Source: an uncultured Alphaproteobacteria bacterium | GTDB lineage: Bacteria > Pseudomonadota > Alphaproteobacteria > HIMB59 > GCA-002718135 | Reading direction: 5' to 3' | Length of the DNA: 64,000 bases | Assembly: GCA_902580765.1 (NCBI GenBank) | Contig: CACHLW010000004.1 | Coordinates: forward strand, 19,888-83,887 | Shown: in pieces, positions 1 to 8,175 of the stretch | How positions within the stretch are numbered: position 1 is the stretch's first letter | How the letters are laid out: each line of letters opens with the position of its first letter | Translations under genes and position numbers: made by a program | The notes under the pieces: model-generated | The model's database searches: none | What the model was told of the DNA's origin: nothing | What the model saw: only the letters and a program-made list of their open reading frames with translations

Positions 1-720
1 TCCAGATATTCCTCTAGCTCTTGCAGCCATTACATATAGTTTATCATTTTCATCTAGCATTAGTGCTCTAACTGTTTGAAGAGCAAAGGCAGTTGCATTC
101 CAACCTAAAACAAATATTGGAAGCCAAGCTCTACTTAAAAAATCAAATAGTTTTGCTGATGACCAGGGTTCGTTTTCATATTCTTGAGAAAATAAACCTG
201 TCATCGTATCTCCATAGTAAACAGTCATAAAAAGCATAATACAGAGTGCTACTAAAAAATTAGGAAGTGCTATTCCAAGATAACTAATAAATTTAAGCGT
301 ATTATCTAATGATGCATATTTTGTCGTGGCCGATATGATCCCAACTGGTATGGCAATTAAATATGAAAATATTAGTGCAACCAAACATATTGTTAAAGAT
401 AAAGTAAATCTTCCACTTAATAATTCATTAATATTCATTCTTAGAATACAACTATCACCAAAATCTCCATTAAAAACTATATTAGAAACCCATTTGCCGT
501 ATCTATACAAAAAAGGTTTATCTAAACCTAAACGAATTTTTTCTTTTTCTATGTCTTCATAAGTTATTTGTGATCCTTGTGTATTTTTAAATGCTAGATA
601 TCTTTCAGCACAAGTTCCAGGAACTAATTCCATTAATGAAAAAACAATAAAGCATACAAGAAGCAAAGTTATAATTGCAAGTCCTGCTCTTGTGAGAGTA
701 AATTGTATAAAATTAATCAT
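1..720 (-). CDS. ABC transporter permease, DppB/OppB (peptide/nickel) type; C-terminal part runs off the window
   Basis: Own translation from ATG at 720-718 on the minus strand gives MINFIQFTLTRAGLAIITLLLVCFIVFSLMELVPGTCAERYLAFKNTQGSQITYEDIEKEKIRLGLDKPFLYRYGKWVSN..., with no stop in the part I translated. It has a hydrophobic N-terminal TM segment and an LGLDKP motif typical of this permease family. It lies directly downstream of the family-5 binding-protein gene. It is absent from the ORF track because it is open at the window edge. Confidence 0.8.
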   Translation of the reverse strand, partial: MINFIQFTLTRAGLAIITLLLVCFIVFSLMELVPGTCAERYLAFKNTQGSQITYEDIEKEKIRLGLDKPFLYRYGKWVSNIVFNGDFGDSCILRMNINELLSGRFTLSLTICLVALIFSYLIAIPVGIISATTKYASLDNTLKFISYLGIALPNFLVALCIMLFMTVYYGDTMTGLFSQEYENEPWSSAKLFDFLSRAWLPIFVLGWNATAFALQTVRALMLDENDKLYVMAARARGISG

Positions 721-748
721 ATAAAATAATTAGGAGACAAGAATAATT

Positions 749-788
749 AAAAAAAGAAAAGCGGCAATATATAATTGCCGCTTTTTTT
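749..788 (-). terminator. Hairpin plus T-run between the binding-protein gene and the permease gene (intra-operon attenuator or terminator)
   Basis: GCGGCAAT / ATTGCCGC 8-bp stem (761-781), flanked by an A-run on the plus strand, which is a T-run after the stem on the minus strand (TTTTCTTTTTTT). Confidence 0.6.
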
Positions 789-806
789 ATTATTTATTGA
801 GTTAAA

Positions 807-2861
807 TTACTCGTCTAACCACCATTGAGTAGCTAGGTATGGGTATGTTCTATAATACTCATACGAAGTAGTTTTAAACTGCGTAAAGTTTTTCAAAGCA
901 TTTCTATGATAAGTTGGGAAAGGTGCTTTCACCGTACCAATCAATAGACTTTGCTCTGTTAACATTGTTGCAATTTTTTCACCCCACTCATTAGACTCAG
1001 CAGTACCAAGAGCGTAAGATTGGAATTTATCAATTCCATCACTTAAGTCATATACCCACTGAGGAGGTTGAGTACCTTCGTCACCATTACTATCAATGTA
1101 TGCTGCCCAATCTAAACCTTGTGTATGGTTAAAGTAGTTACCAAACGGAGGTTTAAATGTTTCTGGGTTACCAGCAACAATTGCTAATGGTTGACCTTTA
1201 TCCCAAACATGAACGTCAAGTTGGTTAGCAGCTTGCGAACCACGATATTCATCTGGAGTTACCTCTTTAAAAGTAGTTTTTACTCCTACTTCATTGAAGT
1301 ATCTTGCAACAAGTTCAACTTCAACACCACCAATACCTTGAGTAGCATAGTCAATGTTAATAGCTAGAGCATCACCATTTGGTAATTCTCTAAATCCATC
1401 ACCATCAACGTCTTTTAATCCTACTTCATCAAGCAGAGCATTCGCTCCATCTGGATCGTATTGAGTCATATGCATTTTTATACTTTCAGGAACGAAGTCA
1501 GGTGCAGGAGAAAATCCTACAAACTGCTCAACTTTACCTAAACCGTAATATGCAACTTCGTTGATCTCGTCTCTATTCATTGCAATTGACATTGCTTGAC
1601 GGAAACGAATATCCCCATAGACTTTACGTTTTTCAGGATCAGGATGTGTTACATTAAAGCTAAATAATGCAGCACCACAACCTGGATTGATTTGAACTTG
1701 ATATCCACCAGACTCAGCACCATCAAGTAATTGAGGAGCGGACTCTAATTGAACAGACTGTGATTTATAATCAACTTCACCATTAACAAGTTTTAACAAT
1801 CTTATTTCATTTTCATTGATATATCTTTCATTTTGATAATCAATGTATGGTAATTGATTCCCAGCTGTATCAACTTGGAAAAAGTATGGGTTAGCTGCAT
1901 AGACTCTACCTTCTGTAGTATCTTCAATAGTCATGTAAGCTTCTAAAGAAGGATAAGCTGCATAAGGTAATCCAGCAACTAGATCTGGTTTAGCTAGTAA
2001 AGGAGTTGGAGTATCAGTCCAACCTGAGTTACCATAATATGCTGCTAAAGCATCATAACCATCTGCAAATCCTAATGCCTGAGCATTTGCATCAGCATTT
2101 GAATCAATTTCCGGATGGAATTGTTCTAGGAAATGTGAAGGCATGAAGAACTGGTTATATGACCATGCAATAGTTGCAGTTAAACCAGGGAATGGAGATG
2201 GTAAGTTAAATCTTACTGTTTGATCATCAATTACATCAACAGTCATTGGTTCACCACCAACTAAAAGATATGGATATGGTTTTTCACGAATCTTTGGATT
2301 CATCATCAAATCTTCGTACCAAAACTCAACATCTCTAGCCACAAAAGGTTCACCATTTGACCACTTGTGACCTTTACGTAACATGAATGTTAAAGTAGTA
2401 AAATCATCATTCCACTCATAATCTTTAGCAACGTTTGGAACAATTGTAGTTAAGTCATCAGCAAAACGTAATAAGTTAACGTGTCTTGTAGATAACATAT
2501 CAGAAGTTCCAGCTTCAGTTGCGTTCGATAAGAAGTTTATTGTATTTCCATATTTACCAATAGACTCATATGGTACTACAACAAGCGGTTCATCAGGTAA
2601 TCTATCCTCAACTGGAGGTAGACTTCCTGGGTTACCTTGTATTGTAGCGTTTATGCTAGCAATATTTGGATTATCTGAAAACTTCATAGTACAGCCGGCT
2701 GCACTTTCATATTCTGATAACTCATATTGCTGAGGATATTTTCCGCCTGTCTGTGCATCGTTCATTGTTGTACCTACGCAATGACCACCTGCAAAAGAGC
2801 TTCCACTCCAGACAAAAGTTGCGGAAGAAAATACTAACGCTATGAATAGTTTTTTTAACAT
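807..2861 (-). CDS. ABC transporter periplasmic substrate-binding protein, family 5 (peptide/oligopeptide/nickel type), 684 aa
   Basis: N-terminal signal peptide (MLKKLFIALVFSSATFVWSGSSFA). The size and sequence texture fit family-5 SBPs, and a DppB-type permease lies downstream. Confidence 0.8.
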   Translation of the reverse strand: MLKKLFIALVFSSATFVWSGSSFAGGHCVGTTMNDAQTGGKYPQQYELSEYESAAGCTMKFSDNPNIASINATIQGNPGSLPPVEDRLPDEPLVVVPYESIGKYGNTINFLSNATEAGTSDMLSTRHVNLLRFADDLTTIVPNVAKDYEWNDDFTTLTFMLRKGHKWSNGEPFVARDVEFWYEDLMMNPKIREKPYPYLLVGGEPMTVDVIDDQTVRFNLPSPFPGLTATIAWSYNQFFMPSHFLEQFHPEIDSNADANAQALGFADGYDALAAYYGNSGWTDTPTPLLAKPDLVAGLPYAAYPSLEAYMTIEDTTEGRVYAANPYFFQVDTAGNQLPYIDYQNERYINENEIRLLKLVNGEVDYKSQSVQLESAPQLLDGAESGGYQVQINPGCGAALFSFNVTHPDPEKRKVYGDIRFRQAMSIAMNRDEINEVAYYGLGKVEQFVGFSPAPDFVPESIKMHMTQYDPDGANALLDEVGLKDVDGDGFRELPNGDALAINIDYATQGIGGVEVELVARYFNEVGVKTTFKEVTPDEYRGSQAANQLDVHVWDKGQPLAIVAGNPETFKPPFGNYFNHTQGLDWAAYIDSNGDEGTQPPQWVYDLSDGIDKFQSYALGTAESNEWGEKIATMLTEQSLLIGTVKAPFPTYHRNALKNFTQFKTTSYEYYRTYPYLATQWWLDE

Positions 2862-3012
2862 ATATTTTCTCCTATAAGATAAATTTATCGTATGATTTTG
2901 TTTGTAAACAATTTTGACTTTTTAGCAAAAATATTTGACGTTTTTATTACAATTTTTTTAAAAAAATTGTGTATTTCTTCTTAATTAATTACTTTAATAA
3001 TTATTAGTAAAT

Positions 3013-4548
3013 ATGGAAAAACCTAAAAAATCTGTTCTTTTTATATGTGCTGATCAATGGCGTTTTGACTGCTTTAGCTTCCTAAATCATCCATATGCTC
3101 TAACACCAAACTTAGACAAACTTGCTTCACAAAGTATAATTTTTAAATCACATTTTGCTGGAATTGTCCCTTGTGGTCCATCAAGAACTACTATGCTGAC
3201 TGGCTTATATCCATTTATACATCGTTCAGTATATAATGGTGCTCCTCTTGATAAAAGATTTACAAATATAGCTAAAGAAGTTCGTAAACTAAATTATAAT
3301 CCAAGACTTTACGGATACACTGATACCTCTTGGGATCCGAGATATTTGGATCCAAAAGATAAAAAAAATTTTACCTATGAATCACCAATGGAAGGGTTTG
3401 ATGATGGTTGTGTTTTACCAGGAGGAAAACCGGAGTCTTGGGCAAACCATCTTAATCAAAATGGTTTTGAAATTAATAAAGCAGAAGATTTGTACAAAGG
3501 AAGAAAGCCTAAAGATGATCAAGCGTATATTTATGAACCATATTATATTCCAACTGAATTTTCAGACACCGCATTTTTAGCAGACAAAGTTGTTAAAGAC
3601 TTAAAAAAGGTTAAAGATTCATTTTTTATGCATGTGTCTTTTTTAAAACCACACCCACCCTTTCATGTTGCAGATCCATGGTTTAGTAAGTTTAATCCAG
3701 ATAGTATTAACTTATCTAAAAATGATATTTCACTGAAAGAGTTATCAAAAAAACATCCACTACTTGAAGAGTTATGTAAAAAATTTTTATTAAAAGAAAA
3801 TTATTCTGAAATTAATTATGATCTTTTAAAAGATCAAGATATCAAAAATATTATGAGTGTCTATTTTGCTATGTGCGCAGAAGTTGATTTTAATATTGGT
3901 AAAATTTTGAATGCTCTTAAAGAATCAGGGCAAGAAGAAAATACAATGATAATTTTTACTAGTGATCATGGAGAGATGTTAAATGAAAATAATTTATGGG
4001 GGAAATTAGGTTGGTGGGACTCTTCTTATAGAATTCCATTATTTATTTATCTGCCTCAAAACAATCCAAAAGAAATTAACCATTTAACAGAATCTGTAGA
4101 TGTTGCTCCTACAATTTTAGAGTGGCTTGGTGGTGACATCCCCATTGATTGGAATGGTCAATCACTGATGCACAATATCAATCAAAAATACGAAAAATCA
4201 CCTAATAAAGAATATGTTGTTTTTGATTATGATTTTAGAGAAAGTACTTCATTTGTTAAAGATAAAAAATTAGCACCCGAACAATGTAATCTATCGGTCA
4301 TTAGAAATAATAAATGGAAATATGTTCATTTTCCTTCATTGCCATGTTTATTATTTGATTTAGAAAAAGATCCTGAGGAAATAAATAATCTATCAGACTT
4401 AAGAGAATTTCAAGATATAAAACATGAACTAGTATCAAAATTGTTAAGTCACCGCATGATTCATCAGGAGCGACAATTATCAAACACTAAACTTTCCAGC
4501 TCAGGTGTTAATACAAATTCTGGACCGTTTAGCAGAAAAATGGAATAA
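3013..4548 (+). CDS. Sulfatase family enzyme (alkaline-phosphatase superfamily), resembling phosphonate monoester hydrolase / arylsulfatase
   Basis: Sulfatase signature C-x-P-x-R in VPCGPSRTTMLTGLYP (formylglycine site). The N-terminal metal-binding segment is VLFICADQWRFD. TSDHGE occurs near residue 320. Length is 511 aa. Confidence 0.8.
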   Translation: MEKPKKSVLFICADQWRFDCFSFLNHPYALTPNLDKLASQSIIFKSHFAGIVPCGPSRTTMLTGLYPFIHRSVYNGAPLDKRFTNIAKEVRKLNYNPRLYGYTDTSWDPRYLDPKDKKNFTYESPMEGFDDGCVLPGGKPESWANHLNQNGFEINKAEDLYKGRKPKDDQAYIYEPYYIPTEFSDTAFLADKVVKDLKKVKDSFFMHVSFLKPHPPFHVADPWFSKFNPDSINLSKNDISLKELSKKHPLLEELCKKFLLKENYSEINYDLLKDQDIKNIMSVYFAMCAEVDFNIGKILNALKESGQEENTMIIFTSDHGEMLNENNLWGKLGWWDSSYRIPLFIYLPQNNPKEINHLTESVDVAPTILEWLGGDIPIDWNGQSLMHNINQKYEKSPNKEYVVFDYDFRESTSFVKDKKLAPEQCNLSVIRNNKWKYVHFPSLPCLLFDLEKDPEEINNLSDLREFQDIKHELVSKLLSHRMIHQERQLSNTKLSSSGVNTNSGPFSRKME

Positions 4549-4555
4549 TAAAGAT

Positions 4556-5605
4556 ATGTTAACGACTGTTATAGGCGCCTATCCAAAACCAAGCTACTTA
4601 AAAATAACTGATTGGTTTAATGCTTCTGGTGGTACAGATACAGAATATCCAACTAAATTTTACGAAGATGAAATAAAAAAAATGGGCAATAATGTTGAAG
4701 AGTTATTTAATAAAGCTACCAAAGAAATAATTAGTGATCAGGAAGAATGCGGTATTGATATCCTAACCGATGGTGAAGTTAGAAGAGAAAATTATATTCA
4801 CTATCATTGTAGATATTTAGAAGGAATTGACTTTGAGAATCTCACAGAAAAAGTTGCTAGGACAGGGAATTATAAATGCTGGTTACCAACAATAACTTCA
4901 AAAGTTAAAGCAAAAGAATCTTTTTTGGTTGAAGAGTGGAAAAAAAATCAGAGTTTAACGAATAAAGATTTAAAAATTACTATACCTGGACCAATGACTA
5001 TAACAGACACCATAGCAAATACATTTTATGATTCAGATGAACATATGGGTGAAGACTTAGCTGATGCTATTAATGTAGAAATTAAAAGATTGATTGATGC
5101 AGGATGTAAATACATTCAAGTCGATGAACCGTTGTTTGCTAGAAAACCAGAAAATGCTCTTAATTTTGGAATTAAAAACCTAGAAAGATGTTTTAAGGAT
5201 ATTAATAATCAAAGTATAGAAAAAATTACTCATATTTGTTGCGGCTATCCTGATAAATTAGATGCAGTAGATTATCCAAAAGCGCCTTTAGATTCTTACA
5301 GCAAAATTAGTAAAGCTTTAGATGAGTCAATTATAGACACAGTTTCTATTGAAGATGCTCATCGATATAATGATTTAAATTTTTTAAAAGATTTTAAACA
5401 AACAAAAGTTATTTTTGGTTTAGTAAAAATAGCAAGCTCTCAAGTTGAGACTAAAGAAGAAATTGTCTCAAGAATAAATGATGCATTAAAGTTTATTGAT
5501 ACGGAACAATTAATTGTTGCTCCTGATTGCGGCCTTGGTCACTTACCTCGAGATTTAGCAAAAATAAAATTAAAAATAATGGTGGAAGCTGCTGATAGTT
5601 TCTAG
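4556..5605 (+). CDS. MetE-fold (cobalamin-independent methionine synthase catalytic-domain-only) Zn-dependent methyltransferase family protein
   Basis: MLTTVIGAYPKP start, DILTDGEVRREN, HICCGYP and APDCGLG (His/Cys zinc-ligand positions of the MetE C-terminal domain). I prefer the ATG at 4556 over the tracked GVNTN... extension at 4505, which would overlap the sulfatase by 44 nt. Confidence 0.75.
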   Translation: MLTTVIGAYPKPSYLKITDWFNASGGTDTEYPTKFYEDEIKKMGNNVEELFNKATKEIISDQEECGIDILTDGEVRRENYIHYHCRYLEGIDFENLTEKVARTGNYKCWLPTITSKVKAKESFLVEEWKKNQSLTNKDLKITIPGPMTITDTIANTFYDSDEHMGEDLADAINVEIKRLIDAGCKYIQVDEPLFARKPENALNFGIKNLERCFKDINNQSIEKITHICCGYPDKLDAVDYPKAPLDSYSKISKALDESIIDTVSIEDAHRYNDLNFLKDFKQTKVIFGLVKIASSQVETKEEIVSRINDALKFIDTEQLIVAPDCGLGHLPRDLAKIKLKIMVEAADSF

Positions 5606-6717
5606 TGGATTAAAGTTTCTGGATTAGCATAATCATAATTTAAATCATCAGCAATAGCTTTATATGTAACGGCACCTTTAAAAATATTTAAACCATTCAT
5701 AAAATTTTTATCATTTTTTAAAGCATCATTAAAACCGTTAGAAGCTAAGTTTTGAATAAATGGTAAAGTAACTGCATTTAAAGCAAGTGTAGAAGTTCTA
5801 GGAACTCCCCCTGGCATATTTGCAACACAGTAATGAACAACGTCATCAACAACATATGTAGGGTTTGCATGAGTTGTTGGTTTACTAGTTTCAACACAAC
5901 CACCTTGATCAATTGCAACATCAACAATTACAGATCCACTTTTCATCTCTTTTATCATGTCCTTAGTTATAATCTTTGGAGCATTAGAGCCAGGAACAAG
6001 CACACCACCAATTAGTAAATCACATTCAGAAATATAATCTTTTAGATTTATTTTATCACTGTGTAGTGGTTCTATTTTATCACCAAATTTTTCTTGTAAT
6101 TCTTCTAATCTTTTTTCTGATTTATCAACGATGAAAACTTTTGCTTGCATACCGGTAGCAATTATTGCTGCATTTTCACCTACAACACCTCCACCTAAAA
6201 TTAAGACATTTCCAGGTTGAACCCCAGGCGCACCCCCTAAGAGTAAACCACTTCCACCCTTATGTTTTTCAAGTGAATACGCACCAGCTTGAATCGACAT
6301 TCTACCGGCTACAGCACTCATAGGTGCAAGAAGTGGTAATTTATTATTATGATCACTTACTGTTTCATAAGCTATACAAATTGAATTTGAATCAATTAAA
6401 CCCTTTGTCAATTCTGGAGCTGCTGAAAGATGTAAATAAGTAAACAAAATTTGGTTTTCTCTTATCATTGATACTTCATTCATTAGAGGTTCTTTTACTT
6501 TTACAATCATTTCAGAGTCATTGAAAATATCTTCAGCTGAATTTACAATTTTTGCACCTGATAATTCATAATCACTATTGGTAAATCCAGCACCAATACC
6601 GGCATCTTTTTGAATTAGTATTGTATGTTTATTCTTTACTAATTCTTTAACACTTTGCGGAGTAAGCCCAACCCTAGACTCCTGAGCTTTAATCTCAGAG
6701 GGAACACCTATTTTCAT
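5602..6717 (-). CDS. ald: Alanine dehydrogenase
   Basis: MKIGVPSEIKAQESRVGLTP N-terminus, GGGVVGENAA Rossmann motif, 371 aa. Confidence 0.9.
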   Translation of the reverse strand: MKIGVPSEIKAQESRVGLTPQSVKELVKNKHTILIQKDAGIGAGFTNSDYELSGAKIVNSAEDIFNDSEMIVKVKEPLMNEVSMIRENQILFTYLHLSAAPELTKGLIDSNSICIAYETVSDHNNKLPLLAPMSAVAGRMSIQAGAYSLEKHKGGSGLLLGGAPGVQPGNVLILGGGVVGENAAIIATGMQAKVFIVDKSEKRLEELQEKFGDKIEPLHSDKINLKDYISECDLLIGGVLVPGSNAPKIITKDMIKEMKSGSVIVDVAIDQGGCVETSKPTTHANPTYVVDDVVHYCVANMPGGVPRTSTLALNAVTLPFIQNLASNGFNDALKNDKNFMNGLNIFKGAVTYKAIADDLNYDYANPETLIH

Positions 6718-8057
6718 TATCTGTCATGCATATAGTTTGAGATACCTGTTCTTAATTTTTCAATTATCTCATCAATATGTTTTTTTTCACAAATAAATGG
6801 AGGTGCAACAATTAAACAATCACCTGTTGCTTTCAAGCTTAAGCCTGCTTCAAATAATTTTTTAAAACAAGCATATCCAGCTTTGCCTAAACGCTCATCC
6901 ATTTTAATATCAATTCCTCCCATCATTCCATATCCTCTTATATCAGTAATGATATCTAAGTCTTTCAAAGTAAATAAACCATCTAAGAAATATGGAGACA
7001 TATCTTTTGCTCTATTAAATAAATCTTCTTTTTCGATTATATCTTGCATTGCTAAACCTGCTGCCATTGAAACAGGTATAGCAGAATAAGTATAACCATG
7101 AAAAAATTCTATAGCTCCTGTAGGTGAAGCATCAACAATAGTGTCATAGATATGATCACGTGAAGCTACTGCGCCTAAAGGTACAACACCATTAGTAATT
7201 GCTTTAGCCATTGTCATGATATCTGGACATACATCAAAAGCTTGGGCTGCAAATGGGGCGCCCATTCTTCCCCAGCCAGTAATAACTTCATCAAAAATTA
7301 AAAGAATTCCGTGTTTGTCACAAATTTCTCTTAGTCTTTTTAAATATCCTTTTGGCGGAACTAAAGTTCCTGTTGATCCTGCTACTGGCTCAACAATACA
7401 TGCAGCAATATTTTCAGCACCTATGTTACCAGCAATCCTTTCAAGATCATCTGCTAGATCAGCACCTGTTTCAGGTTCGCCCTTTACAAATAAATTTTCA
7501 GGTAAATGAGTATGTCTTAGATGATGTACATTTGGCATTAGAATATTTGAGAAAGTTTTTCTATTAGCAATCATTCCGCCAACAGAAATTCCTCCAATAT
7601 TCATTCCATGATAACCTCTTTCTCTTCCTACTATGTGAGATCTATGACCTTCTCCTTTTGCTTTAAAATATGCTATGGCTGTCTTAATTGCTGTTTCTAC
7701 AGCTGATGAACCACAAATAGTAAAAAATATTTTATTTAAATCTTCGGGCGTATGTTTTGAAACTTTTCTAGCTAAATCAAATGAACCACCAAAACCTTGT
7801 TGAAATGGTTGAACATAATCTAATTGCTCTAATTGTTTAGATACTGCTTCTCTTATTTCTGGTCTTGAATGACCCGCTGGACTACAAAATAATCCTGAGC
7901 TAGCATCAATTAATTTATTTCCATAATGATCAGTATAATAAACACCTTCTGCCTTAACCATTAATCTTGGACTATTTTTATAGTCTCTATTAGATGTAAA
8001 TGGCATCCAATGTTCTTCTAATGAATTAGGTATTTCAGTTCTTTTTTCTAAGTCCAT
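6717..8057 (-). CDS. Class-III (omega) aminotransferase, pyruvate-dependent; candidate taurine:pyruvate aminotransferase
   Basis: PLP-lysine context MTMAKAITNG, 446 aa. Its stop overlaps the ald start by 1 nt (TAATG). The aminotransferase + Ald pairing is the classical taurine deamination couple. Confidence 0.7.
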   Translation of the reverse strand: MDLEKRTEIPNSLEEHWMPFTSNRDYKNSPRLMVKAEGVYYTDHYGNKLIDASSGLFCSPAGHSRPEIREAVSKQLEQLDYVQPFQQGFGGSFDLARKVSKHTPEDLNKIFFTICGSSAVETAIKTAIAYFKAKGEGHRSHIVGRERGYHGMNIGGISVGGMIANRKTFSNILMPNVHHLRHTHLPENLFVKGEPETGADLADDLERIAGNIGAENIAACIVEPVAGSTGTLVPPKGYLKRLREICDKHGILLIFDEVITGWGRMGAPFAAQAFDVCPDIMTMAKAITNGVVPLGAVASRDHIYDTIVDASPTGAIEFFHGYTYSAIPVSMAAGLAMQDIIEKEDLFNRAKDMSPYFLDGLFTLKDLDIITDIRGYGMMGGIDIKMDERLGKAGYACFKKLFEAGLSLKATGDCLIVAPPFICEKKHIDEIIEKLRTGISNYMHDR

Positions 8058-8175
8058 CTTTTTCCTTATTAAAGATTGAGTATATGAAATTATCGATAAA
8101 TCAAAGAATATTTCTTACACAATAAAGAAATATCATAGGAAAAATTGTAGCAGTGGTATAGAGAGAATAGCAAAT

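Noticed and set aside
326-562. 78-aa plus-strand ORF in the track
   Set aside because: It lies entirely antisense within the DppB-type permease reading frame (1-720, minus). The sequence is low-complexity and no motif is recognisable.
2892-2984. Hydrophobic ORF of about 30 codons in the SBP/sulfatase divergent promoter region
   Set aside because: It is built from A/T-tract promoter DNA, including the 22-bp palindrome. It has no RBS-like sequence, and such ORFs are expected by chance in AT-rich spacers.
3377-4483. Track ORFs 3377-3580 (+) and 4301-4483 (-)
   Set aside because: These are alternative-frame or antisense ORFs nested inside the well-supported sulfatase-family CDS.
4505-4555. Upstream extension of the MetE-fold gene to the tracked start at 4505
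   Set aside because: The tracked start is a GTG inside the sulfatase gene (44-nt overlap). The ATG at 4556 gives the family-typical N-terminus MLTTVIGAYPKP.
5833-7567. Track ORFs 5833-6015, 6883-7089, 7216-7509 and 7352-7567 (all +)
   Set aside because: They are antisense to ald and the class-III aminotransferase, whose motifs are unambiguous.
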